Shown here in pieces: positions 14,654-30,188 of a stretch of 64,000 bases of DNA. The position numbers were made by a program, and so were the translations under genes. The stretch's first letter is position 1, and each line of letters begins with the position of its first letter. Origin of the DNA: the human T2T-CHM13v2.0 reference genome, Homo sapiens; assembly GCF_009914755.1 (NCBI RefSeq), contig NC_060947.1. The stretch is one strand, 5' to 3'. The notes beneath the pieces were generated by a model, which was not told the DNA's origin, searched no databases, and saw nothing but the letters and a program-made list of their open reading frames with translations.

Positions 14654-15614
14654 TGTGTGTGTGCATATGTGTGTTGTATGTGTATAAAAACTTGAAGCAT
14701 TGATGACAACATTAACAATCTTCAGTTTTGTATACTGGAAACATAGGTGTTTGGTTATCTTAGTTTCTGAAGTTTTATGTATATATTAGATTTCTTGGAA
14801 AAAAGGAGACAGTTCTATAAGAATAAGAGTGGGTAAAAATATCTGACGGATTAAATTATAACTGGACATAGTGTAAAGCAGGGCTGTCTTCTGGATGCCC
14901 TTCTCTATATCTTCCATTTTCATAACTTAATACTCATTGAATATATTGAATAAACACAGTAAGTCAAGCATCTTCCTCTCTGCTGGTTACATGATTTTAT
15001 GAACGAAGAGCAGCCTTTAGAAATAGCTAACTTTCATGATTGAATTAAAAAAACACTCAAAAGAAAAAATACCAGTTAACCGAAGAGAATGGTTTAAATA
15101 ATTCCCTGGTATCTCAATACTTTTTTGACATGCTATTGGAATACGTTTCACTTCATTGATGCGCCATAAAAACAATTGCTCGATTGTTTGTACAATGTAT
15201 TTTTTAATGAGCCTCAAAGTCTTAGAACACTGATGATACATAATCCTACTTTATATACGCTATTACTACTTTCTGTTACCACAACTGAAAGAGGCTTAAC
15301 TGTTATTGTGGAAGGAACGGAGCAGTTAAATGTAATCACGGATTCCCCTGTTTCCCATTCATCTGTTATTTAGTGAGTGCCTAAAATGCATCTAGTTCCT
15401 CTGGCTTTAGAACAGTCCATTGAAGCATACACAATGAGGAAGCTATTCTTTCCTTATTGATTTCATCTTTCATTTTGACTTCTGGAGATCAAAATGGGAA
15501 AACAGGAATCCAGAGAGAAATGCCTCAAAATGCCTCCTTTTTCCCACTTCCCTCAACCTCAAACATTTAGAAAATATTTTAGAAATAATATTATAATCAG
15601 AAATTAACTTTATA

Positions 15615-15948
<334 letters not shown>

Positions 15949-16319
15949 AAGTTTTATATATCTATATTATAAAAGTATTTATATTAATAAAATATTTTAT
16001 AAGTAAATCATATTTGTAATGTTACAAATTATATTTCTAAAAATTAGAAAATAATAAATTTATTTGTAGAATAAATTAGAAATTTATATTTTATAAACAA
16101 ATAACCCTGGAATAAATTGTATATTTATCAAGGAAATTTCTGCTTTGGAATTAGATATAAAGAAAATTATTAGTTGCTATGACAATTACATTCAATAAAA
16201 AGTCTTGTTATATTAAATATTTACATAAAATATAAGTAAACCCTGCCCACAGAGAAGTGCCACACATATGATGTACATTGTATGTTCTTGACTGTGTGTA
16301 CCCTACAGAATGCTTTTAA

Positions 16320-16603
16320 TTTTTTTTTTTTTTTGAGATGGAGTCTCACTCTGTCACCCAGGGTAGAGTGCTATGGCACGATCTCGGCTCACTGCAATCT
16401 CCACCCCCTGGCTCGAGAGATTCTCCTGCTTCAGCCTCCTGAGTAACTGGGACTACAGGTGTGTGCCACCATGACTGGCTAATTTTTTATATTTTTAGTA
16501 GAGACGAGGTTTCACCATGTTGGCCAGGCTGGTCTTGACTCCTGACCTCAGACGATCCACCCGCCTTGGCCCCCCAAACTGCTGGGATTACAGGTGTGAG
16601 CAC
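16320..16603 (-). mobile_element. AluS-type SINE
   Basis: Dimer in reverse, lacking a few 5' bases. Confidence 0.92.
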
Positions 16604-17022
16604 ACTTTTGAGATGATTTTCCCATAGAACCCGATCATTGTAAGCAAAGATTTACTCATATTCCTGACTAATTGAGATTCCAGTTCTCACTTAGCACAAG
16701 ACACTGAAAATGTTCTTTTTCTTATCTTTAATATAGCCTATGTGTTCTAATCTTCAAATTGTACAGATGAGGGGGAATTGTTTTGCAGGCAATAATTTGA
16801 GATCTGTACCACTTATTTTTCACATTTTGTTTTCTTTATTAAAAATGTTTCTCAGGATAGAAGTTACATTTGTTCTTTGTAGGAAAAAGGAAAGTACATA
16901 AGAAATAAAAGGGAATTTTTGCTTTTTAAAGGAATTTTCACTTTTTGCATTTTACACTTCTATCCTCCTTGAATTTAATACTTTGAGCTTCTATTACTTT
17001 CGTAATTAAAAACAGTAAAGAG

Positions 17023-18652
<1,630 letters not shown>

Positions 18653-18884
18653 AAGTAAAGAAAAACATATATATTTTAATATTCTTTCACTAGGTAATAA
18701 ATAATGACCCAAAGATGAGTTAGATTTAGTAATAAAATAAAGTTTAAAAAAATTGTTTCATTGATATAAAAACAACAACAAAAATAATGCACTATCAATA
18801 CCCAGGAATTTGCATCCTTAACTTTTACTGTATTTTCCTTCCAACAATTTATGTATACCTAACATATATATTATATAATATATT

Positions 18885-19063
18885 CATGGTCTTTAATCTT
18901 CACTGTGTATTAAAATCACAAGGGAATGTTTTTTAAAAATACTAGTGCTAGGATCCCATACCCAGACCATTTTAATCAGAATCTCTGGGTGTGAGATCCA
19001 GGTATGGTTACTTTTAGAAGTTCCCCAGGTGATTTTAACGTGCAGTTTCAGTTGAGTACTACT
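18885..19063. mobile_element. MER5A hAT MITE
   Basis: aatcagaatctctgggtgtgag...ccccaggtgattttaacgtgcag...ttgagtactactg. Confidence 0.85.
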
Positions 19064-19089
19064 GTAATATATCTATATATTGCATCATT

Positions 19090-19530
19090 TTGAATTTTTG
19101 GGTTGCAAGGAACAGAATCACTAATAAAACTGGTTTTAAAAATAAAAGATTTTTTTTGGTTACTGTTACTTGAAAAGTCTAGAGGCAATGAAGGCTTCTG
19201 GCACCACGTGATTAGGACTCCAGCTAAGTTTCTCTGAAATTCTCTTCACGGGTCTCCTTCAATGTGCCAGTGTCTCTGGTGGTTCAAATCTAGAGGGAAA
19301 AAGGAACATAGGTTCCTGTGACTCATAGAAGCTTTGAATAAAAGTCTTAAGTTTTACTCTGATTGAACCAATATGAACTAAAAACTGTGGCTAGATGACT
19401 ACTGTGGGCTCTTGCCTTGGGCTTAATGTTACCCAGCCATGAACTATGACAAGGAGGGAAATCTGTATGCTTTTAGAGAGGGGACAAAGGAAATTGGATA
19501 TTGGATGGGCAATCAATGAATGTTCACTAC
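19090..19530. mobile_element. Old MaLR/ERVL LTR fragment (MLT1-like)
   Basis: ttttgggttgcaaggaacagaatcactaataaaactgg start; ggatattggatgggcaatcaatgaatgttcactaca end. Confidence 0.55.
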
Positions 19531-19585
19531 ATATATGTTTAGCCACTTTGTATTATACTACATATAGTTTATTATCCTGATTTAA

Positions 19586-20019
<434 letters not shown>

Positions 20020-20664
20020 TGATGGAACAATCAATGGCCTTAAACTAGTTATGACCATATGACCAAGTTTACCTGGGACCATGCTCATTAATGTCTGTTG
20101 TGCTGGAATAATTATTAATAACGCCCTATTAACTCTCAAAAGTTTTCTGGTTTAGAGGATAAATTATATGGCCATCTTACTTTAAACCTAAATATCTGTC
20201 CATTTATCTGATCATATCCTTAAGATAGATTCTTGGAAAAAGAATTTCTGGCTCAAAGAACAGAAACATTTTAAGGTTTTGATACACATTGACAACCTTT
20301 TTTTCCCCTAGAAATTATGCCCATTTAATATTCCAACCAGCAGTGCACAAGTTAGACCATCTCATAAAATTCTGTCAGCACTGAGTATTACCTTCCTTCT
20401 CTTTTTTAACATTTGCCAATTTGATAGGAAAAAAGGAAGGTATGTTAATAATTTGATTAGTAGTTCCTTGGTTATTGGTGAGCCTGAATATTATTTCTGG
20501 ATGCTTCGTGACCATTTTTATATCTTAGTTTATGGCTTGTTTATGTCCTTTGCTCATTAAGAGCCCTTTGTATATGAATACTTTGTTTACCATATTTGTT
20601 GAAAAAATTTTCTTGTTTATATTTTGTTTATTGTCTTTTAAAATAACATTACAGACTTTACCTA

Positions 20665-20935
<271 letters not shown>

Positions 20936-21087
20936 AAGACTTTGCCTATAAATTTATCTATAAACACTTTCCTTTGTTATTTTTTTCATTGCCATTATGC
21001 TGGAAAAGTCCTTTATCATCCTGAGATCGGATTGATATTCCACCTTACGTTTATAATCTACTTTAAATTTTCTTCTAGAATTTCAGT

Positions 21088-21384
21088 TTTCTTTTTTCTT
21101 TTTTGTGGAGATAGGGGTCTCACTCTGTCACCCAGGCTGGTGTGCAGTGGCATGATCATAACTCACTGTACCTCGAACTCTTGGCCTCAAGCAATCCTTC
21201 CACCTCAGCCTCCCAGGTAGCTGAAAGCACAGGTGTCAGCCACTATGCCTGGCTAATTTTTAATTTGTTTTGTAGATATGAGGTCTTACTATTCTGCTTA
21301 GGCTGGTCTTGAACTCCTGGGCTCAAGCAGTCCTCCTGCCTTGGCCTCCTAAAGTTCTGGGATTATAGATGTGAGCCCCTGGCC
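21088..21384 (-). mobile_element. AluJ-type SINE
   Basis: Reverse dimer; TSD tagaatttcagtttt on both sides. Confidence 0.92.
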
Positions 21385-21884
21385 TAGAATTTCAGTTTTT
21401 TGAAATTAACTTTTGAATACATTTGGAATTTATTTTGGCATAAACTTTGAAGAGATGTTCTCAGTTTATTTTGTCTTTCCAATAGTTAAATAATTTTTTT
21501 CAATATCAATTTGAATGAAATTGCCTTATAGCTATAACTTAAGGGAATAATTGACACCTTTATGGTTATCAGCCTTGTGCTTATTATCCAGGCACTTGTA
21601 TGTCTCTCCATTCACTCAAGTCTTTTTTTTCTTTGTATCTTTCATTTTATCCATGGTATTTTCTTCAAACAGGCCTTGCATACTTCTTAGTGAGATTATT
21701 TCTAGTGATTTCATATAATATACTGGTAAGGTAAATAGACTCTTCCCCCCATTATATTTTCTCACAGGTGGTTGCTGTTGTATAGGAAACCTGCTGATTT
21801 TGTATATTTATTTTGTATACAGCTACTTATTAGTTTTCATGGATTTTCTGTTGATTGATTCTATTGGTGTTTTAGGAAGACCAA

Positions 21885-22073
21885 TTTATTATTTATGTAT
21901 TTATGTATTTATTTATTTATTTATTTGAGATGGAGTCTCACTCTTTCTCTCAGGCTGGAGTGCAGTGGTGCTATCTTGGCTTGCTGCAAACTCCGCCTCC
22001 TGGGTTCAAGAGATTCTCCTGCCTCAGCCTCCCGAGTAGCTGGGATTACAGGCATGAGCCTCCATGCTGGGCT
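21885..22073 (-). mobile_element. Monomeric Alu (FRAM-like or arm recombinant)
   Basis: Right-arm body joined directly to ggcatgagcc 5' start; (ttta)n tail. Confidence 0.85.
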
Positions 22074-22171
22074 GGAAGACAAATATTTAATCTGTAAGAA
22101 TTATAATTGTGTATCCTTTCTAATAGTTATGCTTCAAATTTTTTTTTTTATTTTACTAATAGCACTTTTAG

Positions 22172-22429
<258 letters not shown>

Positions 22430-22879
22430 TAAGATGTTGGCATTTGAATTCAGAAATACATTTTTATCTTTATTAAGAAACATCATTCTATTTCAAGTTC
22501 AAGAGTTTTTTCATTTCTTTTTTTCAAAATTGAATTTAACCAAATGTATTTCTGCCTTTTATGTTTATAAACACAATATTTTCTTCCTTTGCTTTACTGA
22601 TGTGATGAACAATATAAATCGGTTTCATTATAATGAAATATCCTTGTATTCCTGAAATAAACCATATTTAGTTATATAGTGTTCTTTTTATATGCTGTTA
22701 GATTCATTTTACAGGCACTTTTAATGGGATTTTTGTGCCTATACTCATAAATAAAAATGGTCTAGTGTTTGTGTGGAAAGATCATGGAACTGATCTATTC
22801 CATAACCCAGGGAACTCTGGTGATGGGCTTTCATTATTAGGATTGGTTATTTCTTTATGTTCCACTTACTTCTCCCACT

Positions 22880-23510
22880 TCTCATTTATTAACCACTCCT
22901 TTACTCTTTAACCTCCTGTAATCTTACCTCCATTCCCGGTACTGTATTGAAACCATTCAGGTCTACATGTCCAGTGACCTTTTTATTGCCCAGAGGATCT
23001 TTTCTCAGCTCTCATGGTCCTTGCTTTCTCTGTAATAATTGACACTGTTGATATCTTTAAATTCTCTCTTCTCTTGGCTTCTGGCACTGTGCACTCTCTT
23101 TTCTTGCTCTTCCATCTCTAACCAGTCCTGTCTCATGGTCCCCTAATTCTCATCTTCTTTAAAACCCCTTAAAGTTGAACATTTCTTCCCCCAGGTCCTG
23201 TCTTCAGCCTTTGCTCTTTTCTTTACCCACTCTTAGTAATTGAGTTCATTTCTGTGTCTTCGACTATGCACATGCCACCTGGGAAATTTCCTAGTAGTTA
23301 CTATTACATGTTAGGTGATCAAGAAATGTTACTTCAATTTGGGCTTCAACTCTGTATACAGTCTGGGCTTGACAACTCCTAAGTCTCAGTTTTGAATTTC
23401 CAACTGACTTGAATGTTTTTGATGGGATATCCTTCTCACACCTCAAGTTCACCATGTGCACATCAGAACTCACCAACTTTCCTGCTCTCATTTCCTTCTT
23501 CCCAATTTCA
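22880..23510 (+). mobile_element. L2 internal fragment
   Basis: Pyrimidine-rich L2 ORF2 3' motifs (tccagtgacctttttattgcc; tctcttggcttctggcac; ctcacacctcaagttcaccatg). Confidence 0.7.
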
Positions 23511-23599
23511 CTATTTCTATTAGTTGTAGCACTTTGTTCTGCCATAACTCAATGGTTCTGGTGTAAGACAATGTCTCATGGTGGGAGCTGTGGAGATTG

Positions 23600-23885
23600 A
23601 CAATACCTGCTTTGTTTTACAGAGTGGATGTACCAGCAAGTTATTGTCATGCAAAAATATTGACCCAATATTGCCAGATATCAAGATTTTTCAGGAGAAG
23701 CTGGACATTAACAAAACATCTTTAATGTCAATTTTCAAATGTTTACAACTAATTCAGTTTTTAAAAAATTGAGTCCATCCTCTAGTGGATGCTGAGGTTG
23801 GAAAAAAAAGAAAGAAAAATGAGTCTAAAACAAAACCTATCTATGGGCTAATTTTGACCTATGGGCTACCAATTTGCAATCTCCA
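23600..23885 (+). mobile_element. MER102-type hAT element
   Basis: ttgccagatatcaagatttttcaggagaagctgga...caactaattca...gggctaccaatttgcaatctc. Confidence 0.6.
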
Positions 23886-23913
23886 TGCCAAAGAGTTTTC
23901 AGAATCATAAGTT

Positions 23914-24215
23914 GTTTTTTGTTTTTTTGTTTTGTTTTTGAGACAGAGTCTCACTCTGTCGCCCAAGCTGGAGTGAGGTGGCATTGGCTTACTGCAAACT
24001 CTGTCTCCCGGGTTCAAGCGATTCTCATGCCTCAGCCTCCCAAGTAGCTGGGATTATAGGTGCGACCATCACACCCGGCTCATTTTTGTAATTTTAGTAG
24101 AGATGGGGTTTCAGCATGTTGGCCAGGCTGGTCTTGAACTCCTAACCTCAGGTGATCCACTTGCCTTGGCCTCTCAAAATTCTGGGATTACGGGCGTGAA
24201 CCACTGTGCCCGGCC
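23914..24215 (-). mobile_element. AluS-type SINE
   Basis: Full reverse dimer; flanks agaatcataagtt / agaataatagtt. Confidence 0.93.
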
Positions 24216-24700
24216 AGAATAATAGTTTTAATACTTTTTTTCCTGTAGGTGTTTTAAATAATTGGCTTTATTTTATTTTGTCATAGAGCTTGCATTATTT
24301 TTCCTTTATATATATTATTAATTGATACATAATAATTGTGCATATTTATGGGGTATATAGTGATGTTTTGATACATATAATGTATAGTGATCAGATCAGG
24401 GTAATTGGCATCCCACCATCTCAAACATTTATTATTTCTTTGTGTGGGGAACATTCAATATTCTCCTTCTTGCTATTTTTAAATATAGAATAAATTATTG
24501 TTAACTGTAGTCATCCTACAATGGTATAGACTACTAGAACTTATTTCTCCTATCTAGCTATAATTTGTAATCCTTTCAGAGATCTCTCCCTTTCCTCCCT
24601 TCTGCCTACTCTTCTTGGCCTCTAGTATCCTTTGCTCTACTTTTTCCTTCTATGAGATCAACTTTTTTTAGTTTCCCCATACAAGCAAGAATATTTTCTT

Positions 24701-25054
24701 TATTAGTCCGTTTTCACACGGCTATAAAGAACACCTGAGTCTGGGTAATTTATAAAGAAAAGAGGTTTAATTGACTCACAGTTCCACATGGCTGGGGAGA
24801 CCTCAGGAAACTTAAATCATGGCAGGAGGCAAAAGGGAAGCAAGGCATGTCTTACGTGGCAGCAGGCAAGAGAAAGGGGAGGAACTACCAAACACTTTTA
24901 AATCATCAGATCTCATGAGAACTCACTATCATAAGAACAGCATGGGTGAAACCACCCCCATGATCCAATCACTTCCCACCAGGCCCCTCCCTCGACATGT
25001 GGGGATTACAGTTTGAGATGAAATTTGCGTGGTGACACAGAGCCGAACCATATC
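24701..25054 (-). mobile_element. THE1/MSTA-type MaLR solo LTR
   Basis: tattagtccgttttcacacggctataaagaac...ggtttaattgactcacagttccacatggctgggg...gacacagagccgaaccatatca. Confidence 0.92.
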
Positions 25055-25142
25055 ACATGTGGTGTTTAACTTTCTGTTCCTAGTTTATTTCACTTAATGT
25101 CCTCCAGTTCCATCCACATTGTGAATGACAGGATTCCATTCC

Positions 25143-25444
25143 TTTTTTTTTTTTTTTTTTGTGATATAGGGTGTTGCTCAGTTACCCAGGCTAGAGTACA
25201 GTGGCTCGATCACAACTCACTGTGGCCTTGACCTCCCAAGCCCAGGTGATTCTCCTGCCTCAGCCTCCTGAGTAGCTGTGACTACAAGTGTGCACCTCCA
25301 TGCCTGGCTAATTTTTATATTTTTTGTAGAGATGTGTTTTTGCCATGTTGCCCAGGTTGTTCTTGAACTCCTGGGCTCAAGTGATCCTCCCACCTCAGCC
25401 TCCCAGAGTGCTGAGATTACAGGTGTGAGCCACTGCACCTGGCC
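25143..25444 (-). mobile_element. AluJ-type SINE
   Basis: Reverse dimer with J-type diagnostics. Confidence 0.92.
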
Positions 25445-26673
25445 CTAGGGTTTCATTATCTTTTATGGCTTAATAGTATTCCACTGTGCATATATACCAC
25501 ATTTTCTTTATCTACTCATCTGTTGTTGGACATCTAGGTTGATGCAATTTCCTGGCTATTGTGAATAATGCTGGAATAAACATAGTGCGGATGTCTCTTT
25601 AATCAGTTTTATTGATATATAATTTATGTAATATAAAATGCATATGGTTTAAATGTGTAAGTTAATGAAGTCTTTGTATGTATAACAAATGTATATGCCT
25701 ATGTAATCACTACCCCAATCATGAACAGTATTTTCTTGTTCCTTTCTGGTAAATCTTTCCCTACCCACAGCTGCTGTTCCGATTTATGCTACCATAGTTT
25801 AGTTTTGCCTGTTACAGAACTTCATATAAATGGAAACAAACAGCATACACTCTTCTGTATCTGCCTTCTTTCACTCAGCATAATGTTTCTGAGATTCATT
25901 CATGTTATCGTGCATCTCTGTCATTTTTTAAATTGACATATAGTATTTCATTTTACAAATATACTACAATTTGTCTACTTAGTTTCTTGTTGATGGGTGT
26001 TTTGGGATTGTTTCCTATAGGAATTTTAAGTAAAAGTAGAGTTTAAAAAAATAACTATAAATACGCAGTTAAAAAACCTAGACATCACCGAGCAAATCCA
26101 GCTTTTGATTTTAGTTAGCTTTTGTTCAAGAGTAAGTTGCTTTTCTGTTCTACTCACTGCTGTTTTCTTTACCTTGGGTTTTTTCCACATCCCTGTCACC
26201 ATTATCATTCATCATCCATTGTTACTGTAAACAATCCACCGGAGTTCACCGTAAATAGAGCAGGTGTGACCCTAGCAACCCCTCCTTCATTTGAGGTACT
26301 AGTTCCTGATGGCAGTGCTATCTGGTTATAACCTTTATAGGTCTATGTCATGCAGATCATATATCCTAATTAATTAATTGTGTTAGGAAACCTTACTAGT
26401 AAGAGAAATGCCTGTTTGCCATTCCTGGATATTCATGCTAGAAACCTTGTTTGAAGTATAAACAGGAAGGACCGTGAGTGAATTTATTACCACTCTTAGG
26501 TTAGCTAGTCTTGAGTAATTAGCCAGGAAATCTTTGTGAATATAAACCTGGAGATGAAATAGAAAATATGCCAGATATTGGGATATTTGATATATATATA
26601 TATTTATGAATTTCATATTCATTCAATAAGCATTTATATTTTGTTTGTTATGATTTTTCAAAAACAAATAATG

Positions 26674-26818
26674 TGACCAGGTACAGTGGCTCGCACCTGT
26701 AGCGCCAGCACTTTGGGAGGCCAAGGCAAGAAGATAGCTTGAGGTGAGGTGTTCAAGACCAGGCTGGGCAATGTAGCAAGACCTTGTCTCTAAAAAAACA
26801 ACAATAATTAAAAAAAAC
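26674..26818 (+). mobile_element. FLAM-type Alu left monomer
   Basis: gaccaggtacagtggctcgcacctgtagc...gcaagaccttgtctct followed by A-rich tail. Confidence 0.85.
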
Positions 26819-27584
26819 ACACTTCAGATACTGTTGAAACACCTTCCATACTATTTCATAATTCTATTTCCTTCTCCCATTCTTAATGAAGACCACTGTC
26901 CTGAATTTGATATGTAACATTTTCATGCATATATATGTGTGTGTGTGTATATATATATATACATTTTTAATAAATACATATCCATGAATGATTTTTAGTA
27001 GTTTTCCCTTATCAAACATTATACAAATGGCATTATCTTGCATTTATTATTTTGTAGCTAGCTCTTTTGCTCAACCTTATGTCTGTGAAAGTTCTCATGC
27101 TGATACATATAGTTCTAATTCATTTTAATGTCTCTGTAGTATTCAACTGAATGAATGTGCCACAATTTATTCATCCATTCGCCTATTGATTGTCACCTAG
27201 GTGGTTCCTAATTTGGTTATTACAAACAATGCAGCGATTATCATTTTTATGCTAGTCTACTTATATACACATGGAAGAGATTCTCTGGGTTTTTACCTAG
27301 AAGTGGAATTGCTAGGTTTTGGGATATGTGCACCCTGCCCATCCTCCCTACCAGATGTTTTCACAGCTTATTAACAATTATTTAACTTCAGTTTCTCTGA
27401 GAATTTATGAGTGCCTTGTAATAGAGTTTAGACTAAGTCAATATAACAGAGTTACAAAATACAGTGGTCCAAACAAAATAGAATTAGTTTTCCCATGTAT
27501 TACAGTCTAGAGTCCAGTTCAGGTAGGTGGCTTTTCTACATGAACGCAGGTTCCTTGTGTCATATAGCTCTGACATTCCCCAGG

Positions 27585-27901
27585 CAAAGTTCTGCAAACT
27601 ACAGTCCTTAGGCCAAATCCTGCCTACCACTTGACTTTTTTACAGCCATGAGCTAAGAGTCATCTTTATATTTTTAAGTGGTTAAAAAAGAAACAGAAGA
27701 ATATTTCATAATGCATGAAAACTATAAATTTCAGTGTTTAAAGTTCGATTGGAGCACTGCCATTCCTATTCATTTCCATATTGTCTAGGAGTGCTTTTGA
27801 ATTACAGCATCAGTATTGAATAGTTGGGGCAGAGGCTATATTGCCCACAAAGCCTAAAATATTTATTATCTGGTCCTTTAAAGAAATAATTTGCTGACCC
27901 T
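27585..27901 (+). mobile_element. MER58-type hAT element inside an MLT1-like LTR (about 27420-28060)
   Basis: gcaaactacagtccttaggccaaatcctgcctacc...gcccacaaagcctaaaatatttattatctggtcctttaaagaaa. Confidence 0.82.
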
Positions 27902-28122
27902 TACCTTAGGATGTTGTCCATGTCTACATGGTTCAAGCTAGATAATCACCAAAACTTTATTCCAGCAATGGGATGGAGGAATGAGGAGTGGAGGACAGCC
28001 AATTTCCTTTTCAAAAGATTTAATCCTCTCTTGTCTCATTGGCCAGAACTTAGTTATCCTTTTCTTTTATTGTTCTAATTTCTTCAACTTTATTTTCCAG
28101 CTTCAGTTTCATTATATGTATA

Positions 28123-28504
28123 TAATATGGTTTGGATCTGTGTCCCTGCCCAAATCTCATGTCGAATTGTAATACCCAAGGTTGGAGGAGGGGCCTGCAG
28201 GGAGGTGATTGGATCATGAGGGGGGACTTCCCCCTTGCTGTTCTCATGATAGTGAGTGAGTTCCCAGGAGATCTGGCTGTTTAAAAGTGTGTAGCACCTC
28301 CGCTTTCTCTCTCTTCCTCCTGCTCTGGCCATGTAAGACACGCCTGCTTCCCCTTCACCTTCTGCCATGATTATAAGTTTCCTGAGGCCTCCCCAGTCAT
28401 GCTTCCTGTACAGCCTGTGGAACTATGAACCAATTAAACCTATTTTCTTTATAAACTACCCAGCCTCAGGTAGTTTTTATAGCAGTGCGAGAATGGACTA
28501 ATAC

Positions 28505-28505
<1 letters not shown>
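28123..28505 (+). mobile_element. MSTA-type MaLR solo LTR
   Basis: atatggtttggatctgtgtccctgcccaaatctcatgtcgaattgtaat...gaatggactaataca. Confidence 0.92.

Positions 28506-28507
<2 letters not shown>

Positions 28508-28539
<32 letters not shown>
28508..28539. repeat. (CA)n microsatellite
   Basis: About 16 CA units. Confidence 0.95.
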
Positions 28540-28542
<3 letters not shown>

Positions 28543-29494
28543 TTGGATATATAATATATATATTCATTTATGCTATCCAGTTTTTAATTTCTAAGAGCCC
28601 TTCATTTTTCATTGTTTAAATGTTCCTTTTCTAGAACCCTGTTTTGTTTTTGCAGATGCTGTCTGTTTTCTTATCTCTATCTATCTTGATATTTAATGAT
28701 ATTTTAAGTCTTCCCCAAATAATCTCTTTCCTCCAAATTGCTTTTAAAAAATTTTTATTGTAAATAAAAACAGATGCAGAAAATAAACAAAACAAACATA
28801 TATCGCTCAATGAAGGACTGTATGAAAACATCCTTGTAACCATCACCCAGATCACTAAACAGAATTTAGCCAGCTACCCCAGAAGCCCTTCCATGTTCTC
28901 TCTTCCAATTACAACTTCCTCATTCCCATTCTAAGGAACCACTATCCTGATTTTTGGTGTAATCACTATCTTATGTTTTAAAAATAGTCTGATTAAATCT
29001 GCACATTTTGATATATTTTTAATTAAAATCTGTTAGTTCACCCTTCAGATCTTTCTCTTCTTTACAATTTAGCTCTTGAACTCGGAGAATAATATCTGTA
29101 ATTTCTCATAATCTGAGTTTTGCTAATTTCACATTTATGTGGAGTCCAACACATTTTTCTGTCCTTTGTGTTTTTGACAAATTGGCAGGTGGATCCAGAG
29201 ACTGCATCAGACTCAGATTTGATTTCTTTGGCAAAATTATAGGTGGTGTTTGGCAAGACTATGGGAGGCAAATAGTGTCTGGTTGTCTATTTTTTTGTGA
29301 TATGAACAGATATTAATGCTTAATGCCTATATTTATCAAGTCACAGAGGTTGTAAAGTTGTGGTATTTTAATTCTATAATATTTCCTACTCATTAGTTGA
29401 AATAGTTTTATATAGAACAATTATCCTCATCTACTATTGGGTTACCAACAGTACAGTTCATATGATTCAAACATATTAGATGGGTTTCTATCCT

Positions 29495-29760
29495 TTGTAA
29501 TTTTTATTAGTTTGGCTAAGCTGGAATTACATTTTCCAGAATCCCCTTCCCTCCGTGGCACCAGGTGAGAGTTGGCCAAAAGAGAAATTTGTGCAAGATT
29601 TGGAAGACAGAAATGAAGTAGCTATTTCACTCTCTGAGGGTCGTTGTTACATGCAGCGAGAACTAGACATAGAGGTGCCTGCTGATTCCAGCTTATTCTT
29701 GCTTTTCTCCATTCAGAATTCAGCTCTTCTTCCCAATTGCCAGTAAGAGTGAGTAAACCC
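29495..29760 (+). mobile_element. Old ERVL-type LTR fragment (subfamily uncertain)
   Basis: ttggctaagctggaattacatttccagaatccccttccct start motif; probably resumes at about 30015-30180 after the MER53. Confidence 0.5.
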
Positions 29761-29773
29761 AGGCTAGTATTGC

Positions 29774-30015
29774 AGGTTGCCAGATAAAATGCAGGACACA
29801 GAGTTAAATTTGAATTTTAGATACACTATATTTATTAGTATAAGTATGGCCCATGCTCTATATACACATATGTGTATATATATATATGTTTTACATATGT
29901 GTGGTTTTACGCATATTTCACACTTATATAATTTACATACATATTTTACACACATTGTACATATACACTTATAGTATGTGTGTACATGCATGCATGTGCA
30001 AAATCTGGCTACCCT
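29774..30015. mobile_element. MER53-type MITE with expanded TA/CA-rich interior
   Basis: aggttgccagataaaatgcaggacacagagttaaatttgaatttt ... aaatctggctaccct termini. Confidence 0.8.
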
Positions 30016-30188
30016 ACCCTAGACCCACCACTAGATGCAGAGGGAAACAGCTTTCCAGGGACTTCTCTATCAGCAATCCTTTCCATTCCCACTCTGGTAA
30101 CTGGATACGTCTGGCTGTTTAGTGACTTTCCTCTGATCTTCCAACTCTCTCTGGTCCTTACTTTCCCAGCCTCTTTCCCAATTATGTA

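Larger units (their letters stand above)
24305..25600 (-). mobile_element. L1MA-type 3' end interrupted by a MaLR LTR and an AluJ
   Basis: ttgatacataataattgtgcatatttatgggg...gatcagatcagggtaattggc...tatgagatcaactttttta; resumes at 25055. Confidence 0.85.

Noticed and set aside
15950-16240. Very AT-rich stretch as a structural element
   Set aside because: Low-complexity DNA between two Alus with no periodicity or motif that I can support.
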